From: an archaeon
Lineage (GTDB): Archaea; Iainarchaeota; Iainarchaeia; Iainarchaeales; Iainarchaeaceae
DNA length: 64,000 nt
Direction: 5' to 3'
Assembly: GCA_035655435.1 (NCBI GenBank)
Contig: DASRUN010000066.1
Span: forward strand, 520 to 64,519
Shown here: one piece after another, positions 17,951-25,922 of the stretch
Layout of the letters: every line of letters begins with the position of its first letter
How positions within the stretch are numbered: the first letter of the stretch is position 1
Notes under the pieces: generated by a model
What the model was told of the DNA's origin: nothing
The model's database searches: none
Seen by the model: the letters and a program-made list of their open reading frames with translations, nothing else
Position numbers and translations under genes: made by a program

Positions 17951-18874
17951 TTGGGCAAATTGGATGATTCTGTAAAAGGCACAAAAAAAGCGCTTACGGA
18001 TTTTTTTGGCGCACTCATGGGAAAAAAATCGGAAAATTCCGGCCTTGAAACCATTATTCCGGAATACAGGAAAATGAGAAAAACGGAAAGGAAGCACAAC
18101 ATTATCCCAAGCAACGGGTTGTTCTATATCAAATCCAGAGGAGAAACTGAGGAAAAGCCTGATTACAGCATCTCCTCCACAGGAATAGGAGAATTTGACA
18201 ATCTTATAAGTGATAGGGGGCTTGAAAAAAATTCAACAATACTCCTTTCAGGCGGGGCAGGAACGGGAAAAACCACCTTTACAATCCAATCAATGTACAA
18301 TTCCGCAATGAAAAACGGGGAAAAAGGAATTTATGTTTCATTTGAGGAGGAACCTGAAAAAATCAAGGCGCACATGAAAAAAAATTTTGGATGGGATTTG
18401 AATGCACTTGAAAAAAGAGGGCTTTTCTCAATAATCAAAATTGACCCGGTTGATGTTTCGAGAACCGTGGAACAGGTTTTGATGGACCGTGGAGGGGAGC
18501 TAAAAATTGATCTGAAAAAAATAGAGCTACCTTTCAAACCGGATAAAATAACGATAGATAGTTTGTCAGCATTGGCAATTGCATTCAGCGATGAGGAGAA
18601 TTATAGGAAATATGTTAGGGAGCTTTTTGAATCCTTGGAAAACATGAACTGTGTTGCATATGTTATAAGCGAAACAGAACAAGATCCAAAAATATACAGC
18701 AGAACAGGGGTTGAGGAGTTTCTTGCGGATGGAGTTGTGGTTTTATACAATATAAAGAAGGATGAGAAAAGGGAGAATGCATTGGAAATTTTGAAGCTCA
18801 GAAGCAGCTCCCATAAAAAAGGGATTGTGCGCTACAAAATTACAGACAAAGGAATTACAATTGTAGACAATTAA
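17951..18874 (+). CDS. KaiC/RecA-superfamily ATPase
   Basis: 307 aa. Walker A LLSGGAGTGKTTF followed by GIYVSFEE, typical of single-domain archaeal KaiC-like proteins. TTG start after AGGTG. Confidence 0.65.
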   Translation: MGKLDDSVKGTKKALTDFFGALMGKKSENSGLETIIPEYRKMRKTERKHNIIPSNGLFYIKSRGETEEKPDYSISSTGIGEFDNLISDRGLEKNSTILLSGGAGTGKTTFTIQSMYNSAMKNGEKGIYVSFEEEPEKIKAHMKKNFGWDLNALEKRGLFSIIKIDPVDVSRTVEQVLMDRGGELKIDLKKIELPFKPDKITIDSLSALAIAFSDEENYRKYVRELFESLENMNCVAYVISETEQDPKIYSRTGVEEFLADGVVVLYNIKKDEKRENALEILKLRSSSHKKGIVRYKITDKGITIVDN

Positions 18875-19302
18875 ACCGCCGGAATTTTTTTCCCATGCGG
18901 GCACTTTTTCGGGTTTTTCAAAAGTCTTTTCATTGCTTCCGCGATTTCGTCTGTTATGACATGCTCAAAGCGGCAAACAGATTCGTCATTGAAATCTATT
19001 TTCAAAATATCCCTGAAAAATAATTCGGTTAAGCGGAGATTTCTGATAATGGTTTCGGCAATTGCCCTCCCTTTTTTCTCCAATTTAACCCCGTCTCTTC
19101 CTGAATACTGGAGATAGCCCTTTTCATCGAGCTTTTTCAGCATTTCGGTCATTGAGGGAAGGGAAACGTTCAATTGTTTTGCAACTTCCGAAGCGTGAAT
19201 TGGATTGACCTTTTCCTCTTCCAAAAGCCAGATGGCCTTGAGATACATTTCCTCGTTCTCGTGGCTTTTTTCGAGCACTATTTTTTCCGCAAGTTCCACC
19301 AT
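18871..19302 (-). CDS. DtxR/MntR-family metal-dependent repressor
   Basis: 143 aa. EMYLKAIWLLEEE, wHTH ASEVAKQLNVSLPSMTEMLKKLDEKGYL, and a C-terminal CPHG. Confidence 0.75.
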   Translation of the reverse strand: MVELAEKIVLEKSHENEEMYLKAIWLLEEEKVNPIHASEVAKQLNVSLPSMTEMLKKLDEKGYLQYSGRDGVKLEKKGRAIAETIIRNLRLTELFFRDILKIDFNDESVCRFEHVITDEIAEAMKRLLKNPKKCPHGKKIPAV

Positions 19303-19338
19303 ACAAAATGATTAACGTGAGCAAACATATTTAAATTA

Positions 19339-19372
19339 TTAGGAGCACCTAATTTTAGTTAGGTGAACCTAA
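19339..19372. promoter_or_regulatory. two TTAGG-N4-CCTAA palindromes (candidate DtxR-type operators)
   Basis: TTAGGAGCACCTAA (19339-19352) and TTAGGTGAACCTAA (19359-19372), with centres 20 bp apart. They lie between an AT-rich TATA-like tract (about 19327-19336) and the FTR1 GTG start at 19373. Confidence 0.5.
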
Positions 19373-20170
19373 GTGACAGAATTTCTTGAATCGTTTGTAA
19401 TTATTTTAAGGGAAGGCCTTGAGGCAATTCTGATTGTTGCCGCGCTTATAGCTTATCTTGTGAAGACAAATCATTTGGATAAAGTTAAAACGGTTTATTG
19501 GGGCGCGGGAATTGCAATCGTTGCGAGTTTAATTACGGCATTTTTGCTGGAATTGTTTTTTGCCTCCGCAGATGCGCCAAAAGAAATTTTAGAGGGAGCT
19601 ACAATGCTTCTTGCCGCGGTTGTAATGCTGTATGTGACAAACTGGTTTGTCGGAAAACTTGATTCGGCAAAATGGACGGGTTACATCAAGGGAAAAATGA
19701 ATGACGCACTTACAAACGAAAATGCTTTTGCTCTGGGAATTGTTTCTTTCCTAGCGGTTTATAGAGAAGGGTTCGAAACCGTTCTTTTCTACAAAGCACT
19801 TACTGTTGGAACTGCAGATCTTACAGGGGCTTTTTTGGGCCTCGTAATAGGATTGGTTGTTCTCGCGGTTTTATTCATAGTGATACTGCGCATTGAGAAA
19901 AGATTGCCATTGGGAATCGTTTTCGGATTTACAAGTGCAATACTATTTTTGCTCTCGTTAAAATTTGCGGGAAAGGGAATCCACGAATTACAGGAAGCGC
20001 ATTTAATTCCTGAAACTGCATTGAACATTGTTCCGAGGATTGCCGATCTTGGAATATACCCTTATGTGGAAACTCTGGCAGTACAAGGAATAGTGCTTCT
20101 CTTTGGATTGGCAATGGTTTATTTCCACTTTTACGCAAAGAAAGAGAATAAAGTGAGCAAAAGCAGGTGA
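19373..20170 (+). CDS. FTR1/EfeU-family iron permease
   Basis: 265 aa. Two REGxE motifs (REGLEAILIV, REGFETVLFY). Multi-pass membrane protein. Confidence 0.75.
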   Translation: MTEFLESFVIILREGLEAILIVAALIAYLVKTNHLDKVKTVYWGAGIAIVASLITAFLLELFFASADAPKEILEGATMLLAAVVMLYVTNWFVGKLDSAKWTGYIKGKMNDALTNENAFALGIVSFLAVYREGFETVLFYKALTVGTADLTGAFLGLVIGLVVLAVLFIVILRIEKRLPLGIVFGFTSAILFLLSLKFAGKGIHELQEAHLIPETALNIVPRIADLGIYPYVETLAVQGIVLLFGLAMVYFHFYAKKENKVSKSR

Positions 20171-20232
20171 AAACGCGCCGCCAAGTTAATCAATTTAAAC
20201 TCTTCTAAACAATCATTCTTGGGGTATTCAAA

Positions 20233-21234
20233 TTGCTTATAATAGGGATAACTGGAAAATATTGCGCAGGAAAAACAACTGTTTGCGAGTATCTCAAAGA
20301 CAAGAGTTTTTACTATAATTCGTTGAGCGATGAGCTCAGGGAAATACTTAAAGAGCAGAAAATTCAGATTACAAGGGAAAATCTAATTGCAAAAGGGAAT
20401 GAGCTCCGGCAAAAAGAGGGAAATTCTTTTTTGTCAAAAAGGCTCCTCAAAAAAATGGACCGCGACAAGAATTATGTGATTGACTCTTTGAGAAATCCTG
20501 ATGAAATACGCGAATTCGTGAAGCATGGGAATTTCCACTTATGGAGCATTGAAGCACAGGAAAAAACTCGGTTTGATAGGATTGTGAAAAGAAGCAGAGA
20601 GGGGGATCCAAAAACAGTTGAGGAATTTAAGAGGCTTGAAGCACAGGAATCAAAATCCGAAAATGCGAGCGGCCAACAGCTCGAGGAATGCGGAAGAATG
20701 GCGGAATACAAAATAGAGAACAGTGGTTCGCTTGTAGAGCTTTTCAAGGAAATAGATTCTTTGCTGCTCCAGATTCCTGTTGATTTTAAGCGACCGCCAT
20801 GGGACGAGTATTTTATAAATATTGCAAAGGAGGTTGCAACAAGAAGCAATTGTGTGAAAAGAAAAGTTGCAGCGGTTATTGTAAAAGACAAGAGAATAAT
20901 ATCAACCGGGTATAATGGAACGCCGCGCGGAGTGAAAAACTGCAATGAGGGAGGCTGTCCAAGGTGCAATTCTTTTTCCAATGCCGGAACAAAACTGGAT
21001 GAGTGCCTTTGTTCGCACGGAGAAGAAAATGCAATTGTCCAGGCGTCCTATCATGGAGTAAGCATTAAGGATTCGACGCTTTACACGACATTTTCGCCGT
21101 GCCTTAATTGTTCAAAAATGATTGTTAATGCAGGCATCAAAAAAGTTGTTTACAATACGGATTATCCGCTTGGAGATTCGGCAAAAAAAATGCTGGAAGA
21201 GGCGGAAGTCGAACTTGTAAAGCTCAAAATTTAG
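20233..21234 (+). CDS. nucleotide-kinase-like P-loop domain fused to dCMP deaminase
   Basis: N-terminal IGITGKYCAGKTT P-loop. C-terminal zinc deaminase motifs HGEENAI and PCLNCSKMI. Confidence 0.7.
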   Translation: MLIIGITGKYCAGKTTVCEYLKDKSFYYNSLSDELREILKEQKIQITRENLIAKGNELRQKEGNSFLSKRLLKKMDRDKNYVIDSLRNPDEIREFVKHGNFHLWSIEAQEKTRFDRIVKRSREGDPKTVEEFKRLEAQESKSENASGQQLEECGRMAEYKIENSGSLVELFKEIDSLLLQIPVDFKRPPWDEYFINIAKEVATRSNCVKRKVAAVIVKDKRIISTGYNGTPRGVKNCNEGGCPRCNSFSNAGTKLDECLCSHGEENAIVQASYHGVSIKDSTLYTTFSPCLNCSKMIVNAGIKKVVYNTDYPLGDSAKKMLEEAEVELVKLKI

Positions 21235-21259
21235 GGAAAAAATATTTTCAAATTTTATA

Positions 21260-22159
21260 TCATTTTTTTGGCCCCAATACGATTGATTCTAGATTTTTCT
21301 GAAGGTCTGAATCATCACGAAGCATGTAATCCGCAAGCCTAAGGCTTTGGGAAACCTTCTGCGCGGTTGTCGGAGTTTTGGGCTTTAGCAAAATCGTCAC
21401 AAGCATTTTTGCTAGATCTATGTCCCCATAGCTATCCGTAATTAGGAGGGTTTTTTTGAGTTCTAATTCTTTTCCATTTGCGGAAAAAAATTCCCTTATC
21501 CCGGTAAGCTTGGTTTTCACGGGAATTCCGTTCAGATCATAGTCCTTTGTTCCGATAATTGAATTTACCCCTGTTATAAAACCATTTTCGTCGAATGCGA
21601 GTGAGGTTCCGATAAGATGGTCAAAGGCGAAATTGTGCATTTTCTGAAGGTGCTTGTTTGCAACCTCGGCAAAATCTTTAGAGGATAAAGTGGCAAGGAT
21701 AATTGTTTTCCCCTCTTTTTTCATTTTTTTAAGCGCCTTGACAAGCTGAGTCCTTAGCGTGGGCTTGAGTTTTTCAAACACCGCTTCAAAATCCATTCGG
21801 TTCATTTTTTTGCCTATGAGAAATTTGTTTCCGTCCAGAATGGCCTGCTCGATGGAGCAGTTTCCTTTTGCAATGTTTGAAAGGATTGAATCATAAATTT
21901 CCTCGCCGTGGGAAATTTTACCGGTCTTTTCCGGATAGAGAAATTTCAGGGCTTCAAGATTGGCGTCGCTCCTGAACAGCGTGCCATCCATGTCCACTAT
22001 TATGACATCAAAATCTTTGTTTCTGAATCTTGGAAGTGCGCCCCTCCTGAGCTTGAATTGAAGGGAGTTTTTCACAACAATTCCAAGGAGTTTTGCGGAA
22101 GAGAGCTTTGATTTCAGGTCCTTTACGCGCGGAATTTTCATGATAAAAGAATTGGTCAA
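21260..22159 (-). CDS. HAD-superfamily hydrolase (subfamily IB-like)
   Basis: DVIIVDMDGTLF (motif I) and ITDSYGDIDL (motif IV). Confidence 0.6.
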   Translation of the reverse strand: MTNSFIMKIPRVKDLKSKLSSAKLLGIVVKNSLQFKLRRGALPRFRNKDFDVIIVDMDGTLFRSDANLEALKFLYPEKTGKISHGEEIYDSILSNIAKGNCSIEQAILDGNKFLIGKKMNRMDFEAVFEKLKPTLRTQLVKALKKMKKEGKTIILATLSSKDFAEVANKHLQKMHNFAFDHLIGTSLAFDENGFITGVNSIIGTKDYDLNGIPVKTKLTGIREFFSANGKELELKKTLLITDSYGDIDLAKMLVTILLKPKTPTTAQKVSQSLRLADYMLRDDSDLQKNLESIVLGPKK

Positions 22160-22170
22160 AGGACATTAAT

Positions 22171-22258
22171 ATAGCAAACGGGAAAGGTAATTTTATAGAT
22201 TCATTTCCGTTTGCTATCTAGCAGACCGCATTTATGCCGTAACTTTCGTGGTCTGCTA
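22171..22258 (+). ncRNA. two-hairpin element, copy 1 (candidate small RNA)
   Basis: ATAGCAAAC-N29-GTTTGCTAT, then (TA)GCAGACC-N22-GGTCTGC(TA), followed by TGATTTTTT. Homologous to 52254-52341. Strand inferred from the downstream T-run only. Confidence 0.35.
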
Positions 22259-22346
22259 TAACCTGATTTTTTCGGAACGAGCGGGAAAAAAATGATTATA
22301 GAATACTTTTATAAGTACTAATTTCCCATTCATTAGAGGAATTTGC

Positions 22347-23519
22347 ATGGAAAAACTTTACGATGTTATAATTGTCGGAGCCGGTCCTGCCGGGGGTTCT
22401 GCCGGAATACATTGTGCAAAAAATAGTCTCAAAACTCTCATAATCGAGGACCATGATGTTATTGGAGAGCCTGTTCATTGCGGAGAATGCCTGAGCACTT
22501 ATGCCACAAAAAACACGGGAATTAACCCCCCTGAATCCGTGATTTCGGAGCATGTGAAAGGAGTTAGAGTTATTTTTCCTGACGGAACAAATTCCGTTTT
22601 AAACGAGGACGGTTTTGTTCTTGAAAAAGAAAAATTCGAACAATGGCTTTCCGAAGAGGCGGAAAAAAACGGCGCGGAAGTAAAACTCGGCACAAGACTT
22701 TTGAGTCTTGAAAGAAAAAACGGCATTTGGGAATTGCAAACAAGCAAGGGCGCGCTGAAAACTAAAATAGTTATTGACGCTTCCGGGGTTTCAGCCGTTG
22801 TTTCAAGGCTGCTGAAGCTCAATGAAAGGTTTGAAGCGGTAATAGGAATACAATATGAGCTTCGTGATATTCCAAGGGACGGTTATCTTGATTTTTACAT
22901 TTGGCCCGAGCTCGCTCCGGAAGGTTATTTGTGGATGATCCCAAAAGGAAACGGACGCGCAAATGTTGGCTTGGTTACAACAGAACGAAACAAGGCACGC
23001 GTTTATAACGAAGAATTTGTGAAAAGAATGAAGTGGGACAAGAAAGTGAATGTCAAAACTTTTGGAGGATTGATTCCTGCTTCGGGGCCATTGAAAAATA
23101 CTTATTCAGAGGGATTGATGCTGATAGGGGATGCGGCGGGATTCACATCTCCATTATTTGAGGGTGGATCGCATTTGGGATTAAAATCCGGGCAAATGGC
23201 GGCTGATGTTGCAAAGGAAGCGGTTTCCAAAAACGATTTTTCAACGGAAATGTTTTCAAATTACGAAAAATTGTGGAAAGCCGAATTTCCACAGTATGAA
23301 AAACTGATTGTGGGAAAAAAAGCGATTTACTCTTTTACGGATGAGGAACTGAATTTTATTGCAAAAAATTTTCCAAGGAACTTTGATGAATTCAATGGGT
23401 TGCAGAAAATAATTTTCGGTTTGAAGGTTTTGGTCAAAAAACCGGGTTTGCTCAAAAAAGGATTTTTGCCCGCAATGAAGGCTTTTGAATACAGCCAGGC
23501 GAAGTTCTATGGATGGTAG
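22347..23519 (+). CDS. geranylgeranyl reductase family flavoprotein
   Basis: 390 aa. YDVIIVGAGPAGGSAG FAD fold, GDAAGF motif. Length and order match archaeal lipid reductases. Confidence 0.8.
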   Translation: MEKLYDVIIVGAGPAGGSAGIHCAKNSLKTLIIEDHDVIGEPVHCGECLSTYATKNTGINPPESVISEHVKGVRVIFPDGTNSVLNEDGFVLEKEKFEQWLSEEAEKNGAEVKLGTRLLSLERKNGIWELQTSKGALKTKIVIDASGVSAVVSRLLKLNERFEAVIGIQYELRDIPRDGYLDFYIWPELAPEGYLWMIPKGNGRANVGLVTTERNKARVYNEEFVKRMKWDKKVNVKTFGGLIPASGPLKNTYSEGLMLIGDAAGFTSPLFEGGSHLGLKSGQMAADVAKEAVSKNDFSTEMFSNYEKLWKAEFPQYEKLIVGKKAIYSFTDEELNFIAKNFPRNFDEFNGLQKIIFGLKVLVKKPGLLKKGFLPAMKAFEYSQAKFYGW

Positions 23520-23548
23520 CGCTTCTTTAAAAGGTTTTTATCGGTTGT

Positions 23549-24262
23549 GTGGATATGCAGGAAAAACGTTATCACGTCGGAATTATTCCCGATGGGAATA
23601 GAAGATGGGCAATGGAAAATAATGAGTTGCCCAGCGAAGGCCACAAAATAGGCGCAAGAAAAATGGAGCTTTTTGTTGATTGGGCAATGAAAAAGCCGAA
23701 CATCAATGAGATCAGCATTTATGGTTTGAGCGAGGAGAATTTCAAAAGGAATCCCGCGGAACTTTCAAGGCTTTATGATATTTATTATGACGGTCTCATG
23801 AGGCTTCTTGAATCAAAACAGATCCACGACCAAAAAGTGAATGTGAATTTTGTTTCCACTAACCATCAAAAGGTTCCGAAGAATATTGTTGATGTGTGCA
23901 AGGAACTCAAAAGCGAAACAAAGTTTTATGGAAATAAAGTTTTGAATATCCTGCTTGGTTATACCGGACAGAGTGAAATCCTTAGAAGCGTTTCAAGCCC
24001 CATGAACAGAGTTAAGAATCTTTTTTTCGGTTTGAATGAAACAGATGTTTCAAGGCATCTTGGCGTGAAAAGAGAATGCGATCTTGTAATAAGGACAGGG
24101 GAAGAGGAAGCAAAAAGGGAAGCAAAGTCCGGCTTTTTGTTATGGCAAAGCGCTTATTCTGAATATTATCACATTCCAAAGTACTGGCCGCAGGTTGAGG
24201 AACAGGATTTTGATTTGGCGTGGAGTTATTTCGAGCACGCGAGAAAGCTTAAGGGGAAATAA
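23549..24262 (+). CDS. uppS: cis-prenyltransferase (undecaprenyl-diphosphate synthase family)
   Basis: HVGIIPDGNRRWA signature. 237 aa. Confidence 0.8.
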   Translation: MDMQEKRYHVGIIPDGNRRWAMENNELPSEGHKIGARKMELFVDWAMKKPNINEISIYGLSEENFKRNPAELSRLYDIYYDGLMRLLESKQIHDQKVNVNFVSTNHQKVPKNIVDVCKELKSETKFYGNKVLNILLGYTGQSEILRSVSSPMNRVKNLFFGLNETDVSRHLGVKRECDLVIRTGEEEAKREAKSGFLLWQSAYSEYYHIPKYWPQVEEQDFDLAWSYFEHARKLKGK

Positions 24263-24267
24263 AATTT

Positions 24268-24903
24268 TTATTTCAAAACTTTTCCGGTTTGCATATACCA
24301 CAAATACAGATCCAATTGCGAGTGGTTAAGTGAAACTTTTTCAGCGAATTTGTCAAGACGAGATTCTATCTTCAAATAATTTTTTGAGTTGACTGTTTTT
24401 GGTCTTTCGGGAATTATTGAATATTCCGCAAGAAGGTTCACAACATGTTTGTCCAGGATTGCAACATTGTTGCTTCCCGTATTTCTGAGAAAATGCGAAG
24501 CCTCTTTGAAGGCGAATCCTTTCACGTTTTTTGCGAGATATTCGCGCGCAATTCTATCATTTTCAAATTCAGAAATTTTTTCCTTCAAACCAAAGTGTTT
24601 TCTTGCATCAACAATGAATTCCGCGCGCCGATTGTAAAATCTTGAACCTGCTTTTTTGAGTGTCTGCACAAGTTTTTTTGGGGAAAGATTATAGAAGCCG
24701 TCAAAGCCAACCGCTTTCTGCACGCGCAACCCCATTTCGGAGCTTGTATTTGCCGTGAGAATGCAGAAGCAGAGTTCGGAGAACCATTCTTCTTCGCTTT
24801 TGTTTTTGAATTCCTGAAACTCATTATATCGCGAAATGACCTGTTTCCCGATAGCACCGTTCTGTAATCCTTTTACTTTTGATGCAAGAATCCGCGGGTT
24901 CAT
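24268..24903 (-). CDS. ogg: N-glycosylase/DNA lyase (archaeal Ogg2-type, HhH-GPD)
   Basis: 211 aa. WFSELCFCILTANTSSE and HFLRNTG...AILDKHV match the Ogg2 pattern. Confidence 0.7.
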   Translation of the reverse strand: MNPRILASKVKGLQNGAIGKQVISRYNEFQEFKNKSEEEWFSELCFCILTANTSSEMGLRVQKAVGFDGFYNLSPKKLVQTLKKAGSRFYNRRAEFIVDARKHFGLKEKISEFENDRIAREYLAKNVKGFAFKEASHFLRNTGSNNVAILDKHVVNLLAEYSIIPERPKTVNSKNYLKIESRLDKFAEKVSLNHSQLDLYLWYMQTGKVLK

Positions 24904-24928
24904 GTATGGAATTTATTGGAAAATGTAA

Positions 24929-25321
24929 TTAAAGCATTCTAACAACGGATTCTACAGCTCTTGCGGCAAATTCCTTTGCACGGCCATTTGCCTGCGCTTG
25001 TGTCATTCGCGGACCTGAAATTCCATAACCGACAGGCTTGTCGAATTTGAGCGAGAGCTCTGCAATTTTTTCTGCTGCAGTATAGGAAATGATTTCGTCG
25101 TGGCTTGTTTCGCCCTGGACAACTGCTCCGAGGACAATTGCACAATCAATGTCCTGGCGCGCAAGAAGCCTTTGCAATGGAAGCGGGACATCAAAGGCAC
25201 CGGTAACGTAAACAATTTCTTTCACATTCAACCCGTTTTTTTCCGCGGCCTTTTTTGCAGTTGCGAGCATCAAATCCGTAATTTCTTTATGAAAATCTGC
25301 TACAACAATGCCAAGATTCAT
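24929..25321 (-). CDS. ribH: 6,7-dimethyl-8-ribityllumazine synthase (archaeal short form)
   Basis: 130 aa. MNLGIVVADFHKEIT...GAVVQGETSHDEII...GISGPRMT aligns with archaeal RibH. Confidence 0.8.
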   Translation of the reverse strand: MNLGIVVADFHKEITDLMLATAKKAAEKNGLNVKEIVYVTGAFDVPLPLQRLLARQDIDCAIVLGAVVQGETSHDEIISYTAAEKIAELSLKFDKPVGYGISGPRMTQAQANGRAKEFAARAVESVVRML

Positions 25322-25335
25322 TCAAATTCCCCCGT

Positions 25336-25387
25336 TCTCTTTCTTTTTGGTGCAGATTTTTCTTTCTCTAGGAAAGAGAAAGAAAAA
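25336..25387. repeat. three-arm homopyrimidine/homopurine mirror plus inverted repeat
   Basis: TCTCTTTCTTTTT (25336-48), GGTGCAGA, TTTTTCTTTCTCT (25357-69), AGGAA, AGAGAAAGAAAAA (25375-87). All three arms are perfect 13-mers. Confidence 0.7.
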
Positions 25388-25427
25388 GGTGCGTGAAAAT
25401 CCGCTACAACAATTCCTAAATTCATTT

Positions 25428-25922
25428 TCAAAGCCTCACTTTAGGTGCATTTTCTTTTCCCTGTCTTTCTCCGGAGCCGGCTCTTTTATCCAACTCTTCC
25501 TGTGCAAAGAGCATCCAAAGCAAATTCAATGCATGCTTTGAAACTCTATTGCGCATTATTGATGCAAGTTCTCCCGCGGTTTTCCCCTCATCCTCGTGGA
25601 CGAATGCCTCGAGCACAATTTTTTTTGTCATCAATTGTATTTGGCCGATTCCGAGAGAAGCTTCATGCGAACATTGCTTATCAATGGGCATTGAACCAGG
25701 CATCCCCAAAGCCAATCCGGCTCTACACCCTTCATCAAGGAGATTGAGCATTGCGAGAGGGATGTCTTTTACTCCTGGAACTGTTCTTTTTTTTATTTCA
25801 ATTTCCCAATTTTTTTCTTTGGCATTTTTTTCCATTGTTTCAATTGCTATTTTCCCCATATCTCCCCGCGAGAACATTGTGTCGATAACGGCAATTTTCG
25901 TTTTGAGTTTTTTTTCACTCAT
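25428..25922 (-). CDS. ribC: archaeal-type riboflavin synthase
   Basis: KIAVIDTMFSRGDMGKIAIE matches the archaeal RibC N-terminus. Start taken at the second Met (the ORF track starts at 25937). Confidence 0.75.
   Translation of the reverse strand: MSEKKLKTKIAVIDTMFSRGDMGKIAIETMEKNAKEKNWEIEIKKRTVPGVKDIPLAMLNLLDEGCRAGLALGMPGSMPIDKQCSHEASLGIGQIQLMTKKIVLEAFVHEDEGKTAGELASIMRNRVSKHALNLLWMLFAQEELDKRAGSGERQGKENAPKVRL

Noticed and set aside
25100-25541. Plus-strand ORFs 25100..25396 and 25308..25541 across the ribH leader
   Set aside because: They are antisense to ribH/ribC and run through the homopurine/homopyrimidine repeat. The composition is non-coding-like.
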